From Phycisphaerae bacterium (GTDB lineage Bacteria; Planctomycetota; Phycisphaerae; UBA1845), in the NCBI GenBank assembly GCA_963666835.2, contig CAXXGO010000006.1, forward strand, positions 256,001-320,000: 64,000 nt of DNA, given 5' to 3'. Position 1 is the first letter of the stretch; each line of letters opens with the position of its first letter. Below, piece by piece: positions 22,166 to 32,700 of the stretch. The translations under genes were made by a program, and so were the position numbers. The notes below the pieces were generated by a model. It saw nothing but the letters and a program-made list of their open reading frames with translations. It did not search any database and was not told the origin of the DNA.

Positions 22166-24109
22166 ATGGCCATGGACTTCTTCGAAAGCCAGGATGTCGC
22201 GCGGCGTAAGACCGGCCGGCTGGTGATCCTGTTCATCCTGGCCGTGATTGCGATTATCGCCGCGGTTCACGTTCTGGTCGGATTGCTCTGGGGTTATGTG
22301 GGGCGGGATCCGGAAACGCATGGCCTCCAGTGGTCGCATCTGCTGGACTGGCAGCTTTTGGGGATTGTCGCCGGCAGTACGATTCTAGTAGTGGGCGGCG
22401 GGAGCCTTTTCAAAATCGCGCAGCTTCATGGCGGCGGTAGGGTCGTGGCGGAGACGCTGGGCGGCCGGCTCGTGCACGCGTCCACCAATGACCCCGACGC
22501 GCGCAAAGCGCTCAACGTGGTCGACGAGATGGCCATCGCCTCCGGCATTCCCGTGCCGCCGGTGTACTTGCTGGAACACGAGAAGGGTATCAACGCCTTC
22601 GCCGCCGGTTTCGCGCCGGGCGATGCGGTGATCGGCGTGACCCGCGGATGCATCGAGCAGCTCTCGCGCGACGAACTCCAAGGCGTCATCGCCCACGAGT
22701 TCAGTCACATCCTCAACGGCGACATGCGTCTGAACATCCGGCTGATAGGTGTTCTGCACGGCATTCTGGTGATCGGTATCATCGGCTACTTCATGTTCCG
22801 GTCGTCGTTCTATTCAGGGCATCGCCGGAGCCGCTCCAGCAAGGACGGCAGCCCCGTGCCGCTTCTGGCGCTCGGTGCGGGCCTGGCAATCATCGGGTAT
22901 GTGGGCACGTTCTTCGGTAATCTGATCAAGGCCGCGGTCAGCCGGCAGCGCGAGTTTCTCGCCGACGCCTCGGCCGTGCAGTTCACCCGGAACCCGCATG
23001 GAATCGCCGGGGCACTTAAGCGGATCGGCGGGTTCACGTCCGGTTCGAAGCTCGAAAGCCCCGGGGCGCCAGAGGCGAGCCACATGTTCTTCGCTCGGGG
23101 GGTGGCTTCGGCCTTGGGATCGCTTTCCGCCACTCATCCGCCGCTCCCGGAGCGAATCCGACGGATCGAACCCAACTGGGACGGCGGATTCACCAAAGGC
23201 GACCGACGGGAGCGCAAGGCGCGGGCGCCCGCCGCGCAGGCCGCCGGTTTCGCCGCGGCGCCGCCTTATGTTGCGCGGGCCGCGGAGCCGGCTCCGGCCG
23301 TGAGTCAGATCGGGCAGCTTACGGAGGCCCACGTCGACTACGCGGGGCAGCTTATAAGGAGCTTGCCGGCAGCTGTTACCGCGGCCGCCCGTGAGCCGTA
23401 CGGGGCGCGGGCGGTAGTGTATGCGCTGCTCATCGACAAGGAACCGGAGCCTCGTCGCGCCCAGCTTGCGAGGCTCGCGGAATACAGTGACCAAGGCGTA
23501 AGCGCCGAGACGGAACGGCTGTTGCCTTTGGTAGAACAGTTGGGGAGCGAAGTCCGTCTGCCTTTGGTCGACCTGCTCATTCCGACTCTGCGCGAACTCT
23601 CTCCGGCTCAGTATGACATCTTCAAACGCAACGTGGACGAGCTGGCTAAGGCCGACAAGAGGGTTGATCTGTTCGAGTGGACTCTCGGTCGGATTCTGCT
23701 GCACCATCTCGATCCGCATTTTGTCCGGACAGCGCCGCCGCGGGTGCAGTATTACGCTTTGAGTCGGCTGCAGCGGGAGTGCGAGGTGCTGCTATCCACG
23801 CTGGCGTATTCGGGTCACAAGGACCACGATCAAGCGCGGTCAGCCTTCGAACTTGCGGCCCCACGTTTGGGTTTGCCCAAACTGGGTATGACGCCGGTGA
23901 ATCAGTGCGGGCTCAAGGAGTTGGATAGCGCTTTGGACGCCCTGGCCTTGGTCGCGCCCCGGCTGAAGAAGCAGCTCGTCGAATCGTGTGCGGCGTGCGT
24001 CGGCGCGGATCGGGAAGTTACGGTCAAAGAGGCCGAGCTGCTCCGCGGCATCTGCGACGCCCTGGCCTGCCCCATGCCGCCGCTACTGCCGGGGCAACGG
24101 CTGATCTAG
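22166..24109 (+). CDS. M48 family (HtpX-like) membrane zinc metallopeptidase with C-terminal extension
   Basis: INAFAAG, VIAHEFSH, SRQREFLADA, THPP. Follows lemA. Confidence 0.93.
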   Translation: MAMDFFESQDVARRKTGRLVILFILAVIAIIAAVHVLVGLLWGYVGRDPETHGLQWSHLLDWQLLGIVAGSTILVVGGGSLFKIAQLHGGGRVVAETLGGRLVHASTNDPDARKALNVVDEMAIASGIPVPPVYLLEHEKGINAFAAGFAPGDAVIGVTRGCIEQLSRDELQGVIAHEFSHILNGDMRLNIRLIGVLHGILVIGIIGYFMFRSSFYSGHRRSRSSKDGSPVPLLALGAGLAIIGYVGTFFGNLIKAAVSRQREFLADASAVQFTRNPHGIAGALKRIGGFTSGSKLESPGAPEASHMFFARGVASALGSLSATHPPLPERIRRIEPNWDGGFTKGDRRERKARAPAAQAAGFAAAPPYVARAAEPAPAVSQIGQLTEAHVDYAGQLIRSLPAAVTAAAREPYGARAVVYALLIDKEPEPRRAQLARLAEYSDQGVSAETERLLPLVEQLGSEVRLPLVDLLIPTLRELSPAQYDIFKRNVDELAKADKRVDLFEWTLGRILLHHLDPHFVRTAPPRVQYYALSRLQRECEVLLSTLAYSGHKDHDQARSAFELAAPRLGLPKLGMTPVNQCGLKELDSALDALALVAPRLKKQLVESCAACVGADREVTVKEAELLRGICDALACPMPPLLPGQRLI

Positions 24110-24289
24110 TGCCGCTTCCAGTAAGAGGTGGTCCAGAATCCTCCCCCCTTGCCAAGGGGGGATTGAGGGGGTTCATTTCGCCGGGATGAACGATCCAGGC
24201 TAGTCGGCCGGGGCGCACCGCCCATCCGCCCAGCGGACACGGCCGGCAAGAGCGCATCGAGCGACGGGCCTCGCTCGCCGCGCGGGCTT

Positions 24290-24673
24290 TCAGCAGTTCT
24301 TCTGCAGATCCTGATAGAGCATCAGCGTGTTGCCGTCCGGGTCGAAGAAGGTCGCCAGTTTGACCATACCTTCGATGATGCGCGTGGGGCCGTCGAAACG
24401 GACGTCCTTGGCCTCGAGCTGCGCGCGGGCGTCGTCAATATCCACGACGCCGAAAGTGAGTACAACGCCGCCGGATCCGCCGCCAGCATCGCCACGCGAT
24501 AGCCCCACGTTAACGTTCGCGACTTCGGTGGCCAGCTCGCACCAACCCAGGTCGTCCATGCGGTACAGCATGCTGAAACCCAACACCTCCTGGTACCATT
24601 TGATGGCACCTTCGAAATCCGCGACCTGGATCCCGCAGGTCAACCCGCCGTCGTATTTGAGAGGTGATGCCAT
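24290..24673 (-). CDS. VOC/glyoxalase family protein
   Basis: IQVADFEGAIKWYQEVLGF...FFDPDGNTL. Start set at ATG 24673. Confidence 0.9.
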   Translation of the reverse strand: MASPLKYDGGLTCGIQVADFEGAIKWYQEVLGFSMLYRMDDLGWCELATEVANVNVGLSRGDAGGGSGGVVLTFGVVDIDDARAQLEAKDVRFDGPTRIIEGMVKLATFFDPDGNTLMLYQDLQKNC

Positions 24674-24935
24674 GGTGCGCGCCTTTCCCGTTCGAGGTTC
24701 ATTTGAATAGACCAATCGTAGCACGGCCCCGTCATTGCACTCGACTATCGCGTGCGACGCAACCCGGGCTCGCTTGTGGCATGGCGATACCATACGCCCT
24801 GCCCACCCGACCTTGGGGCCGGCGGTGCTCCTCCGCCTCGAGTACTCGGCATTTGCGAAACCGGCGAAGACAATGAGACTGCGACCTGTCGTTGAAGCAG
24901 GTAGGGTCCGCTCCGCGGACCAATTCGCTTGTTGG

Positions 24936-25265
24936 CGGCAAAGGGCATCGAGGTTCGGATCGGACACCGGTGATTCAACATCATAAGGGAACCACGTTGG
25001 CGACCGCCGGGAGCTCTTCGATCATCGAAGTGCCGCCCTTGGGTTGACGTGCGACGCGATCCCGCGGCTTACGCCGCGGGCTGGACAGAGCTGTCGCCCT
25101 GACGGGCTGGTCCCGCACGCCACGCAGGTGGCACATATACGGCACTGTCGACCACGGGCAAGCTGCGCGCGTGCATGCTGGAAGCGCGGGCTGTGCGGCG
25201 GAATGCACATGAGCTGCGCTCATGCCACTCTCGATGGCAGGTCTCGTGCCTCGACCGTGCCCTAC
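24936..25265 (-). repeat. Dispersed composite palindromic element, copy 1 (REP-A headed)
   Basis: Reverse complement aligns with 28487-28870, 41745-42128 and 48299-48543 (AGCCCGTCAGGGCGACAGCTCTG...CCCGCGGCGT.AGCCGCGGG...TATGATGTTGAATCACCGG). Confidence 0.85.
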
Positions 25266-25484
25266 GAGGTCTTCGCGGGACGCGCGCCCGCATGGCGGGT
25301 CTCGCACCTCGAACGTCTACGGGGGGATGGTACGTGGGTGGCATGGGCCAACTTGTTGGCCCGTGGAGCGTGGTGCGGCGCAGGCGTCCACGAGCAAGCT
25401 GGAACAGTGCATCAGCGTAACGCGAGATCGAGTGACGAACCGTACTTCGCTACACAAACCGGCTATGCTTGCCACCCGCCGCGG

Positions 25485-26049
25485 GTCTCGTTCCTCGACC
25501 GTGCCCTACAGCCGCCGATGCTGCCCTACAAGGAGGCCGTCGTAATCAGCCTCGGTGGCAGGTCTCGTTCCTCGACCGTGCCCTACACCCGCCGATGCCG
25601 CCCTACAAGGAGGCCGCCGTAATCAGCCTCGGTGGCAGGTCTCGTTCCTCGACCGTGCCCTACACCCGCCGATGATGCCCTACAAGGAGGCCGTCGTAAT
25701 CAGCCTCGGTGGCAGGTCTCGTTCCTCGACCGTGCCCTACAGCCGCCGATGCTGCCCTACAAGGAGGCCGTCGTAATCAGCCTCAGTGGCAGGTCTCGTT
25801 CCTCGACCGTGCCCTACAGCCGCCGATGCTGCCCTACAAGGAGGCCGTCGTAATCAGCCTCGGTGGCAGGTCTCGTTCCTCGACCGTGCCCTACACCCGC
25901 CGATGCTGCCCTACAAGGAGGCCGTCGTAATCAGCCTCGGTGGCAGGTCTCGTTCCTCGACCGTGCCCTACACCCGCCGATGCCGCCCTACAAGGAGGCC
26001 GTCGTAATCAGCCTCGATGGCAGGTCTCGTTCCTCGACCGTGCCCTACA
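25485..26049. repeat. 77-bp tandem array (7 full units + partial, 8 REP-A cores)
   Basis: GTCTCGTTCCTCGACCGTGCCCTAC starts at 25485, 25562, 25639, 25716, 25793, 25870, 25947 and 26024. Linkers are nearly identical. Confidence 0.97.
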
Positions 26050-26253
26050 GGGGTGCCAACCGGGTGGGTCAACTTGTTGAGCCGTGGAGCAAGTACGGTC
26101 CACGGAGTGGGCCCTGCACGCTGACGTACAATGGTGCGAGACATCTCATGCCGCCCGGTTGCGAGTGAATATCCGGTGCTTTCTCGCGGGGGACACCGAA
26201 CGAACATAAGCGGCGGGCAAGCGTGGAGGGACAGAGCAGTGTCACAATGGCGT

Positions 26254-26346
26254 GACCCCGTTGGGGTAGACTTCTCATCTGAGCGTGGACCCAGGGTAGC
26301 CGCTGCGCGGCAACCCTGGGCTTCAGGGCGAAACGCCTTCGGCGTA
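26254..26346. repeat. Family D palindromic element (CCCAGGGTAGCCGCTGCGCGGCAACCCTGGG...ACGCCTTCGGCGT)
   Basis: Inverse copy at 41502-41558. Confidence 0.75.
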
Positions 26347-26627
26347 GTTCCACACGGCGAGGTGTTTATGTTTGGCGACGCGGGAACCTTCGGAAGAGAG
26401 ACGCCCACGTCACCTGCTGAGCCACCGTACGATTAGCAAACCGCCGGCACACCGCTCGTGGCAGTGCCCCGTTTGCAATACGTAGCTGTGGCCGCTTGCG
26501 ACGTCAAGAAGGTGTTTCTGGCTCGTCCGTTTTCGGCGGGGGATGTAAGAACCCGTCAGATTCGGCGAGGGGTAAGGGCGGGAGCGGGCATTACTATGGT
26601 AGAAGATCATCGATGAGGAGTATTCAC

Positions 26628-27221
26628 GTGGAAATCGCCGGGGCGGCCGCCGGCCTGCGACAAACCGCATCGATCGAACGCACCTGTAACCGGGACGACC
26701 GGCTGCGGGAGGTGTTCGACCGGGTCGGGGAGGGGCTGTACCGCTTCATCCTGATGCGTGTGGGTGGAGATCGGCACACGGCTGATGATCTTCTGCAGCA
26801 GACGTGCTATGAGGCGGCACGTCATCGTCGACCGCCGACCGATAACGGCGAGTGTGCGGCTTGGATGTGGGGGATCGCGCGTAACCTGCTCCGCCGGCAC
26901 TGGCGTGATCAGAAGCGGCAGGCGGGGTTGATTCCGTTGGACAGTGCGGCGGCCCAACTGGCCGACTGCCTGGAGGCGCGTCCGCTACCGCAAGACGCTC
27001 TGATCCGGGAGGAGATGGCCGACGCCTTGTTGTTAGCTGTCACAGAGCTGGCAGCAGAGGATCAACGCCTTGTGTTTGGTTATTACTTCGACGGGCGCCG
27101 CCAGGCGGAGATCGCCCGCGACGAGGGTATTACGGAGAAGAGCGTCGAGACCAGATTGGCTCGGGCGCGGCAGCGGCTGCGGAACACTCTTCGCAGCATG
27201 GGAAGGTCAGGTGGACGATGA
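26628..27221 (+). CDS. ECF RNA polymerase sigma factor
   Basis: Region 2 (LYRFI...ADDLLQQT...WMWGIARN) and region 4 (EIARDEGITEKSVETRLARARQRL). GTG 26628 has a GAGGAG RBS; ATG 26613 is an alternative start. Confidence 0.92.
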   Translation: MEIAGAAAGLRQTASIERTCNRDDRLREVFDRVGEGLYRFILMRVGGDRHTADDLLQQTCYEAARHRRPPTDNGECAAWMWGIARNLLRRHWRDQKRQAGLIPLDSAAAQLADCLEARPLPQDALIREEMADALLLAVTELAAEDQRLVFGYYFDGRRQAEIARDEGITEKSVETRLARARQRLRNTLRSMGRSGGR

Positions 27222-28342
27222 ATACGCCACATGATCCGGATAAACAGTTTCACGACAATCTACGCTCGGTGGGTCGGCAAGTGCAGGTCCCTGACGGACC
27301 TTCAAGCCAGACCATGGCGCGGTGCCGCGCTGCTTTGGACCCGGCCAACCGAACAACGAAATGGAGTATTTTTGCGATGATTAAGAAACCAGCCGTCTTG
27401 TCGGCAGTTGGAGTGGCGGCTTCCATCGTTGTGGCCGTGGGGTTTTTCCTCCCGGTCGGCACCGGTCCGACCGTCCAAGCCGCGACCATCATTCAGAAGC
27501 TCGACGAGCAGATCCAGCAGAACCCGCGCATCGAGGTGACCATCGACTCGCTGAGCGTCGATGAGGTTTTCGTGAATGGGACCGTACAGATCTCGGAGCA
27601 GGGAGTGGCCGGCGATATGGCCGTTCAGGTCTATGACCAGCCCGGCGGAGAGCTCGAGGTGGAAGTTGATCTTTCCCTGGGGATTACCGACGACGGCGGT
27701 TGGGTGCTGCTCCGCAAATTGGTGGTTCCGGACCCGAAGGCCCAGGCGATGCTGGCGATGTTCATGCCGCCGGGCGGCGAAATACTGCTTCTGTTGCCTA
27801 AGGAAGCCCTCGACGCGGATATCGGAGCCGACGTGAGAACCGAACTGGGCAGCCTGAACGAACTGCAGTCCGGGGAGCTGGTGTCCATATTCCAACAGTT
27901 GATCGAGGCCCACGCCGACTACGGCATTAACCTCGTGAACCAAGCCGATGGTACTGTGCTTCTTTCGCTATCGATAGATGACGCCGAAGCGCTGGCCGGG
28001 TTTGAGCAAATGCTCATCGCCTCTGCCGGAGCCGCGGCTGAAGAGGCTATCGCGGATGTTACGGCCGACGCCGACGTTGAAATCAATCTTCTGGATATGG
28101 ACGAAGGCAACGAACTGATCGGCTGCACGCTAAGCGTCGTGTACGACCCGGCTACAGAGAAGGTCCGGTCCTTCGGGATTGAAGGGCTCGGCGGGCCCGA
28201 CAGCCGGATCAACATAGTCATTGGCGAAGGTGAGATCGACCCGGACTTGTTCGACTCGGATCGCGTGGTGACCCCCAGCACGCGGACCTTCGACCTGGGC
28301 GCTTTGGAAGCCATGTTCGGGCAGTTTGACTCCGAAGAGTAA
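27218..28342 (+). CDS. Putative anti-sigma factor (single TM, acidic periplasmic domain)
   Basis: ATGA overlap with the ECF gene, short cytoplasmic N-terminus, TM AVGVAASIVVAVGFF. Confidence 0.75.
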   Translation: MNTPHDPDKQFHDNLRSVGRQVQVPDGPSSQTMARCRAALDPANRTTKWSIFAMIKKPAVLSAVGVAASIVVAVGFFLPVGTGPTVQAATIIQKLDEQIQQNPRIEVTIDSLSVDEVFVNGTVQISEQGVAGDMAVQVYDQPGGELEVEVDLSLGITDDGGWVLLRKLVVPDPKAQAMLAMFMPPGGEILLLLPKEALDADIGADVRTELGSLNELQSGELVSIFQQLIEAHADYGINLVNQADGTVLLSLSIDDAEALAGFEQMLIASAGAAAEEAIADVTADADVEINLLDMDEGNELIGCTLSVVYDPATEKVRSFGIEGLGGPDSRINIVIGEGEIDPDLFDSDRVVTPSTRTFDLGALEAMFGQFDSEE

Positions 28343-28359
28343 ACCCGGCTAAGCCCGGT

Positions 28360-28418
28360 AGGATGAGAACGCAGCGCCCTCGGGAACCGACCAGGGACCC
28401 GAGGGCGTTGCTTATCCT
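28360..28418 (+). terminator. Strong hairpin after the anti-sigma gene
   Basis: GCAGCGCCCTCGGG (28371-28384) / CCCGAGGGCGTTGC (28398-28411). The U-tail is weak. Confidence 0.55.
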
Positions 28419-28486
28419 GACTTCAACATCGGGGCAGCCAATCAACGGAGTACGTCGTACAGTTACCGGGATCGCGCGAAAACCCC

Positions 28487-28870
28487 GTAGGGCACGGTCG
28501 AGGCACGAGACCTGCCATCGAGGCCGCAATGGGCCGAATCGCACGAGAACGTGCCACGCGCGTGGCTCGAGGAACCAGCCGGTCAGGGCGACAGCTTTGC
28601 CTGACCCGCGGCGTGAGCCGCGGGATCGAGTCGCCATGTTGGCCCCAGCCCCGCCCGCGGCGGCACTTCGATACTCGAAGAGGTCCCCGCGGTCGCCAAC
28701 GCGCTCTCCCTATGATGTTCAATCACCGGCGTCCGATCGAAACTTCGAGGTCCTCTGCCGCCCGCAAGGGGCTTGGCGCAAAGCCGCACAGTTTCCCCCA
28801 GGCTTACGCCGTGGGGCTACAGGACCTGTCGCCCCAAGGGGCTGTCCGCCGGCGGCGTATGTTCGGAGAA
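28487..28870 (+). repeat. Dispersed composite palindromic element, copy 2
   Basis: Begins with REP-A GTAGGGCACGGTCGAGGCACGAGACCTGCC and is collinear with 41745-42128. Confidence 0.85.
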
Positions 28871-28892
28871 GGCGCGTTGCGCAAGGGCGCAG

Positions 28893-29704
28893 GCAGGGAT
28901 GCCTGCGCTACGCGAAAAGCAAAGGCAGGTCTCGTGCCTCGACCGTGCCCTACCCCTGGCACCGCGGCTCCGCCCACGCCGAGGGCGTACTCGGACGGGA
29001 CGCAGTCCGCACATCACAGAGAGGACTCTCTCATCTCGTCTGCCAAGGCTAGTACCATTGGGCTGAGCCCGACCTACCGCACTGCAGGGATGCCTGCGCT
29101 ACGCGAAAAGCAAAGGCAGGTCTCGTGCCTCGACCGTGCCCTACCCCTGACACCGCGGCTCCGCCCACGCCGAGGGCGTACTCGGACGGGACGCAGTCCG
29201 CACATCACAGAGAGGGCTCGCTCATCTCGTCTGCCAAGGCTAGTACCATTGGGCTGAGCCCGACCTACCGCACTGCAGGGATGCCTGCGCTACGCGAAAA
29301 GCAAAGGCAGGTCTCGTGCCTCGACCGTGCCCTACCCCTGACACCGCGGCTCCGCCCACGCCGAGGGCGTACTCGGACGGGACGCAGTCCGCACATCACA
29401 GAGAGGGCTCGCTCATCTCGTCTGCCAAGGCTAGTACCATTGGGCTGAGCCCGACCTACCGCACTGCAGGGATGCCTGCGCTACGCGAAAAGCAAAGGCA
29501 GGTCTCGTGCCTCGACCGTGCCCTACCTCTGACACCGCGGCTCCGCCCACGCCGAAGGCGTATTCGGGCGGGACGCAGTCCGCACATCAGAGAGGACTCT
29601 CTCGTCTCGCCTGCCAAGGTTAGTACCATTAGGCAAAGCCGGACCTACCGTACTCTCTCGTTTCGTCTGCCAAGGTTGGTGCCATTGAGCAGAGCCCGAC
29701 CTAC
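28893..29704. repeat. 191-bp tandem array (4 units + partial), each unit carrying REP-A and REP-B
   Basis: GCAGGGATGCCTGCGCTACG starts at 28893, 29084, 29275 and 29466. The fourth unit is diverged at its end. Confidence 0.97.
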
Positions 29705-29735
29705 CTGGCTACCGTGCGGGCGGCCTGGATCCGTA

Positions 29736-32700
29736 TTACTCCATTGCCGATTGCAGGACGGCAAAGTCCGCACTATCCACGTCACCGTCGACTCCAAAAT
29801 CAAAGGCGTTTAGACAATCGTCCGCGGTTACGCCCGGGAGGCTCGGGGTCGGATCCGCGTTCGGACCGGCCATGCAGTCACTGAAAACGAGGTAGTCGTC
29901 CAGATCCACCACGTCGTCTCCGTTCCAGTCACCCGACATCTGCCCAACCGTAATCGTGACGCTGCCGGAGTCATAGGTAACCGTATACTGCCCGGCCGAT
30001 TGGATCTCATCGAACTTCCCGTCCACCGCACCGGCGGTCAGGATCGTAAAAGAGTCACCGATTGCCGGCACGAAGCCGTCAGTCAGCACGATCCGCAGCT
30101 TGCCGCCCAACCTGGCCGTGGAACTGACGGTTAACAGGTCGTAGCTGTCGCCCTGGACAAGCCCGCCTAACTCGATGACGAGGGTCCCGTCCGCATCTTG
30201 GATGTACGTGCCTTGAATGTGCAAGCTTCCCGTTTCGCTCCCGGGGGCAACCGTACCCTCGACGTTGCTGACACTGCCCGAGAAAGTCCCGTCACCGGTC
30301 AGTGTGCCGCTCAGCGAGGTCACCCCGGGGGCCGTGATGGTACCGTCTACTTCGGTAACCGAGCCGGACGAAGGCGTATACTCTCTGGTCAATAGCAACG
30401 TCTTACCTGTGGGCACTTCGAGAGCCCCTTCGTTAATAAGGAACGACCGGATGTCGTTGTTGCCAAGGATGCGCATTGTGTGGCCGGCGGAGTTGGTGAG
30501 ATTGTAGGCGTTGTCGATATCGTTGTGCCCGCCGATACTGAACACCCCGGTCCCGGTCAGCACGGTGTCGCCGGCCAGGAGAAGATTCGTTCCGGACCCG
30601 CCGCCTTGCACTTCAAAGGTCCCGAGGTTGGTGATAGTGCCCGAAACGTAGCCCGGGCCCTGCCCGTTAGGTACCATGAGGGTGCCGAGGTTAGTCAGGT
30701 CGGAGATCAAAGAGTTGCTCGCGAGTTGGATGACCCCGTCGTCCGTGGTGTCCAGTGCACCGCCTCGCACGGAGGCACTGCGTAGAGAGGCGATTGAGCC
30801 GGCCAGGGCCCGGATAAGACCGCCGGTGTTATCGTAGGCTCCGGAAGTGACCTGCAGCGTTCCGCCGCTGCTACCCTGCATTATTCCGGTGTTGTAGTTG
30901 GTTTCGCCGTCGGTCGTGTTGATGATCAGCGGATAGGCCGGGTTGTCGGCGTCGATTGTGCCCTCGTTGGTGAGAGTCATCAGGTTCTTGCCCAGCTCGC
31001 GCGATCCGCGGATGGTGTGGTTGGCGGCATTGGTAAGGCGGTCGGTGGCGGTCGCCCCGCGCAGGGCGTTCGGTCCGGACGGACCGAGGACCACCTCGCC
31101 GGTGCCGCTGAGGGTCACGTCGCCGTTCATATACAGGTTCACGCCGTTTCCGAGACTGGTTAGTTCGATGGTGCCCTGGTTGATAATGGTTCCCTGGGCG
31201 TAGCCACCTCCGCCGGCGTCGTTCGGCAGCAGGATCGCGCCGTCGTTGGTCAAGTCGGCGATGACGCCGCCGGCGCGTAGTTCGATGTTCCCGCTTCCAT
31301 CCGTAACGAGCCGGCCACCGCTGACCAGCGCCCCGGTTGAGATCTGGGCGGTCGAGCTGTCGGCGGCTTCGATCTGCCCATTCGTGTTGTCGTAGGTTCC
31401 GGAGGTAATCTGAAGAGTCGCGCCGTTGCTCGCCCGCATCGTGCCGGTGTTGTAGTTGGATTCGCCGTCGGTCATGTCGATGGTCAGCGGGTAGGCCGGG
31501 TTGTCGGCGTCGATTGTGCCCTCGTTGGTGAGGGTCATGCGGTTCTTGCCCAGCTCGCGCGAGCCGCGGATGGTGTGGTTGGCGGCATTGGTAAGGCGAT
31601 CGGTGGCGGTTGCCCCGCGAACGTAGTTTGGTCCCGACGGACCGAGGACGATATCACCGTCACCCTCGAACGTAACGTCACCGTCGATGGACAGCGCAGT
31701 GCTGTAATGGACGCTGGTTAGTTCGATTGTGCCCTGGTTGGTAATGGTCCCGCGAACGAACCCGGTGCCGCCGCCGTTGGGCACACGGAGGGTTCCGGTG
31801 TTGGTGATGTCACACGCCACAGCGGAATCGCGCAGTTCAACGACGCCGTCACCGACGGTGGTAGTCTCGCCGTTGGACACAACGGCCCCGGTGGTGATCT
31901 GGGCGACGGAACCGTCCATGCCGCGAATGAGCCCGTCGGTGTTATCGAAGGTGCCCCCCAGCAGTTGGAGGGTGCCGCCGGCGGAGGCCTGCATAGTCCC
32001 GGTGTTGTACACGATCTCGGTATCGGTCGGGTTCACTTCAAGCGGATACGCCGGATCATCGGCGTCGATCGCGCCTTGGTTAGTCAGAGCCATGTAATTG
32101 TCGCCCACGCGTCGCGAACCGCGAATCGTGTGGGCGGCGCCGTTGGTCAGGCGGTCGGTCGGCGTGAGTCCGCGCATGTAGTTGGGTCCCTGCGGACGGA
32201 GAATGACCTCACCAATGCCCCCAAGCGTAACATCTCCGTTGATCTGGAAGTACGTACCGAAATGGGGGCTGGCAAGCTCGATTGTGCCGTTGTTGGCAAC
32301 CACGCCCATCCCCGGTCCGCTGTCGATCCGCAACGCAGCCCCTCCGTTTACGCCGATCTGCACCTTGTCGCCCGGGTCGACGGTGAGGTTGTCGATTGCG
32401 GCCGTTAAGCCGTTTTCCAACACGACGGTAACGTCGCCCACGTTGCCGCTGTCGATAAACACGCTGTAATGTTGCTTCGAAGTGTTATTGGGCCAACTCA
32501 GGGTGGTCCAATTGAGGCTTTCATTCCAGGGCGATCCGGACGCTCCGGTCCAGATGGCGCCGTGCTGCTCAACACCCATAGGCGCGAAGATGCCGAACTC
32601 GACGATACCGGACGCGGCCACGCGATTGATATCCGGGTCGGCACCGCTGCCGACGACTTCCCACCACTCGGTGCCGTCCCAACGCCACATGCGCAGGCTG

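Noticed and set aside
25485..26049. CRISPR array
   Set aside because: The 77-nt period looks CRISPR-like, but the spacers are near-identical, the repeat is a dispersed REP, and no cas genes are in the window.
28363..29813. ORFs across the repeat arrays (also 25044-26168 and 41649-42299)
   Set aside because: Translations of non-coding repeats, Arg/Pro-rich, with no domain signal.
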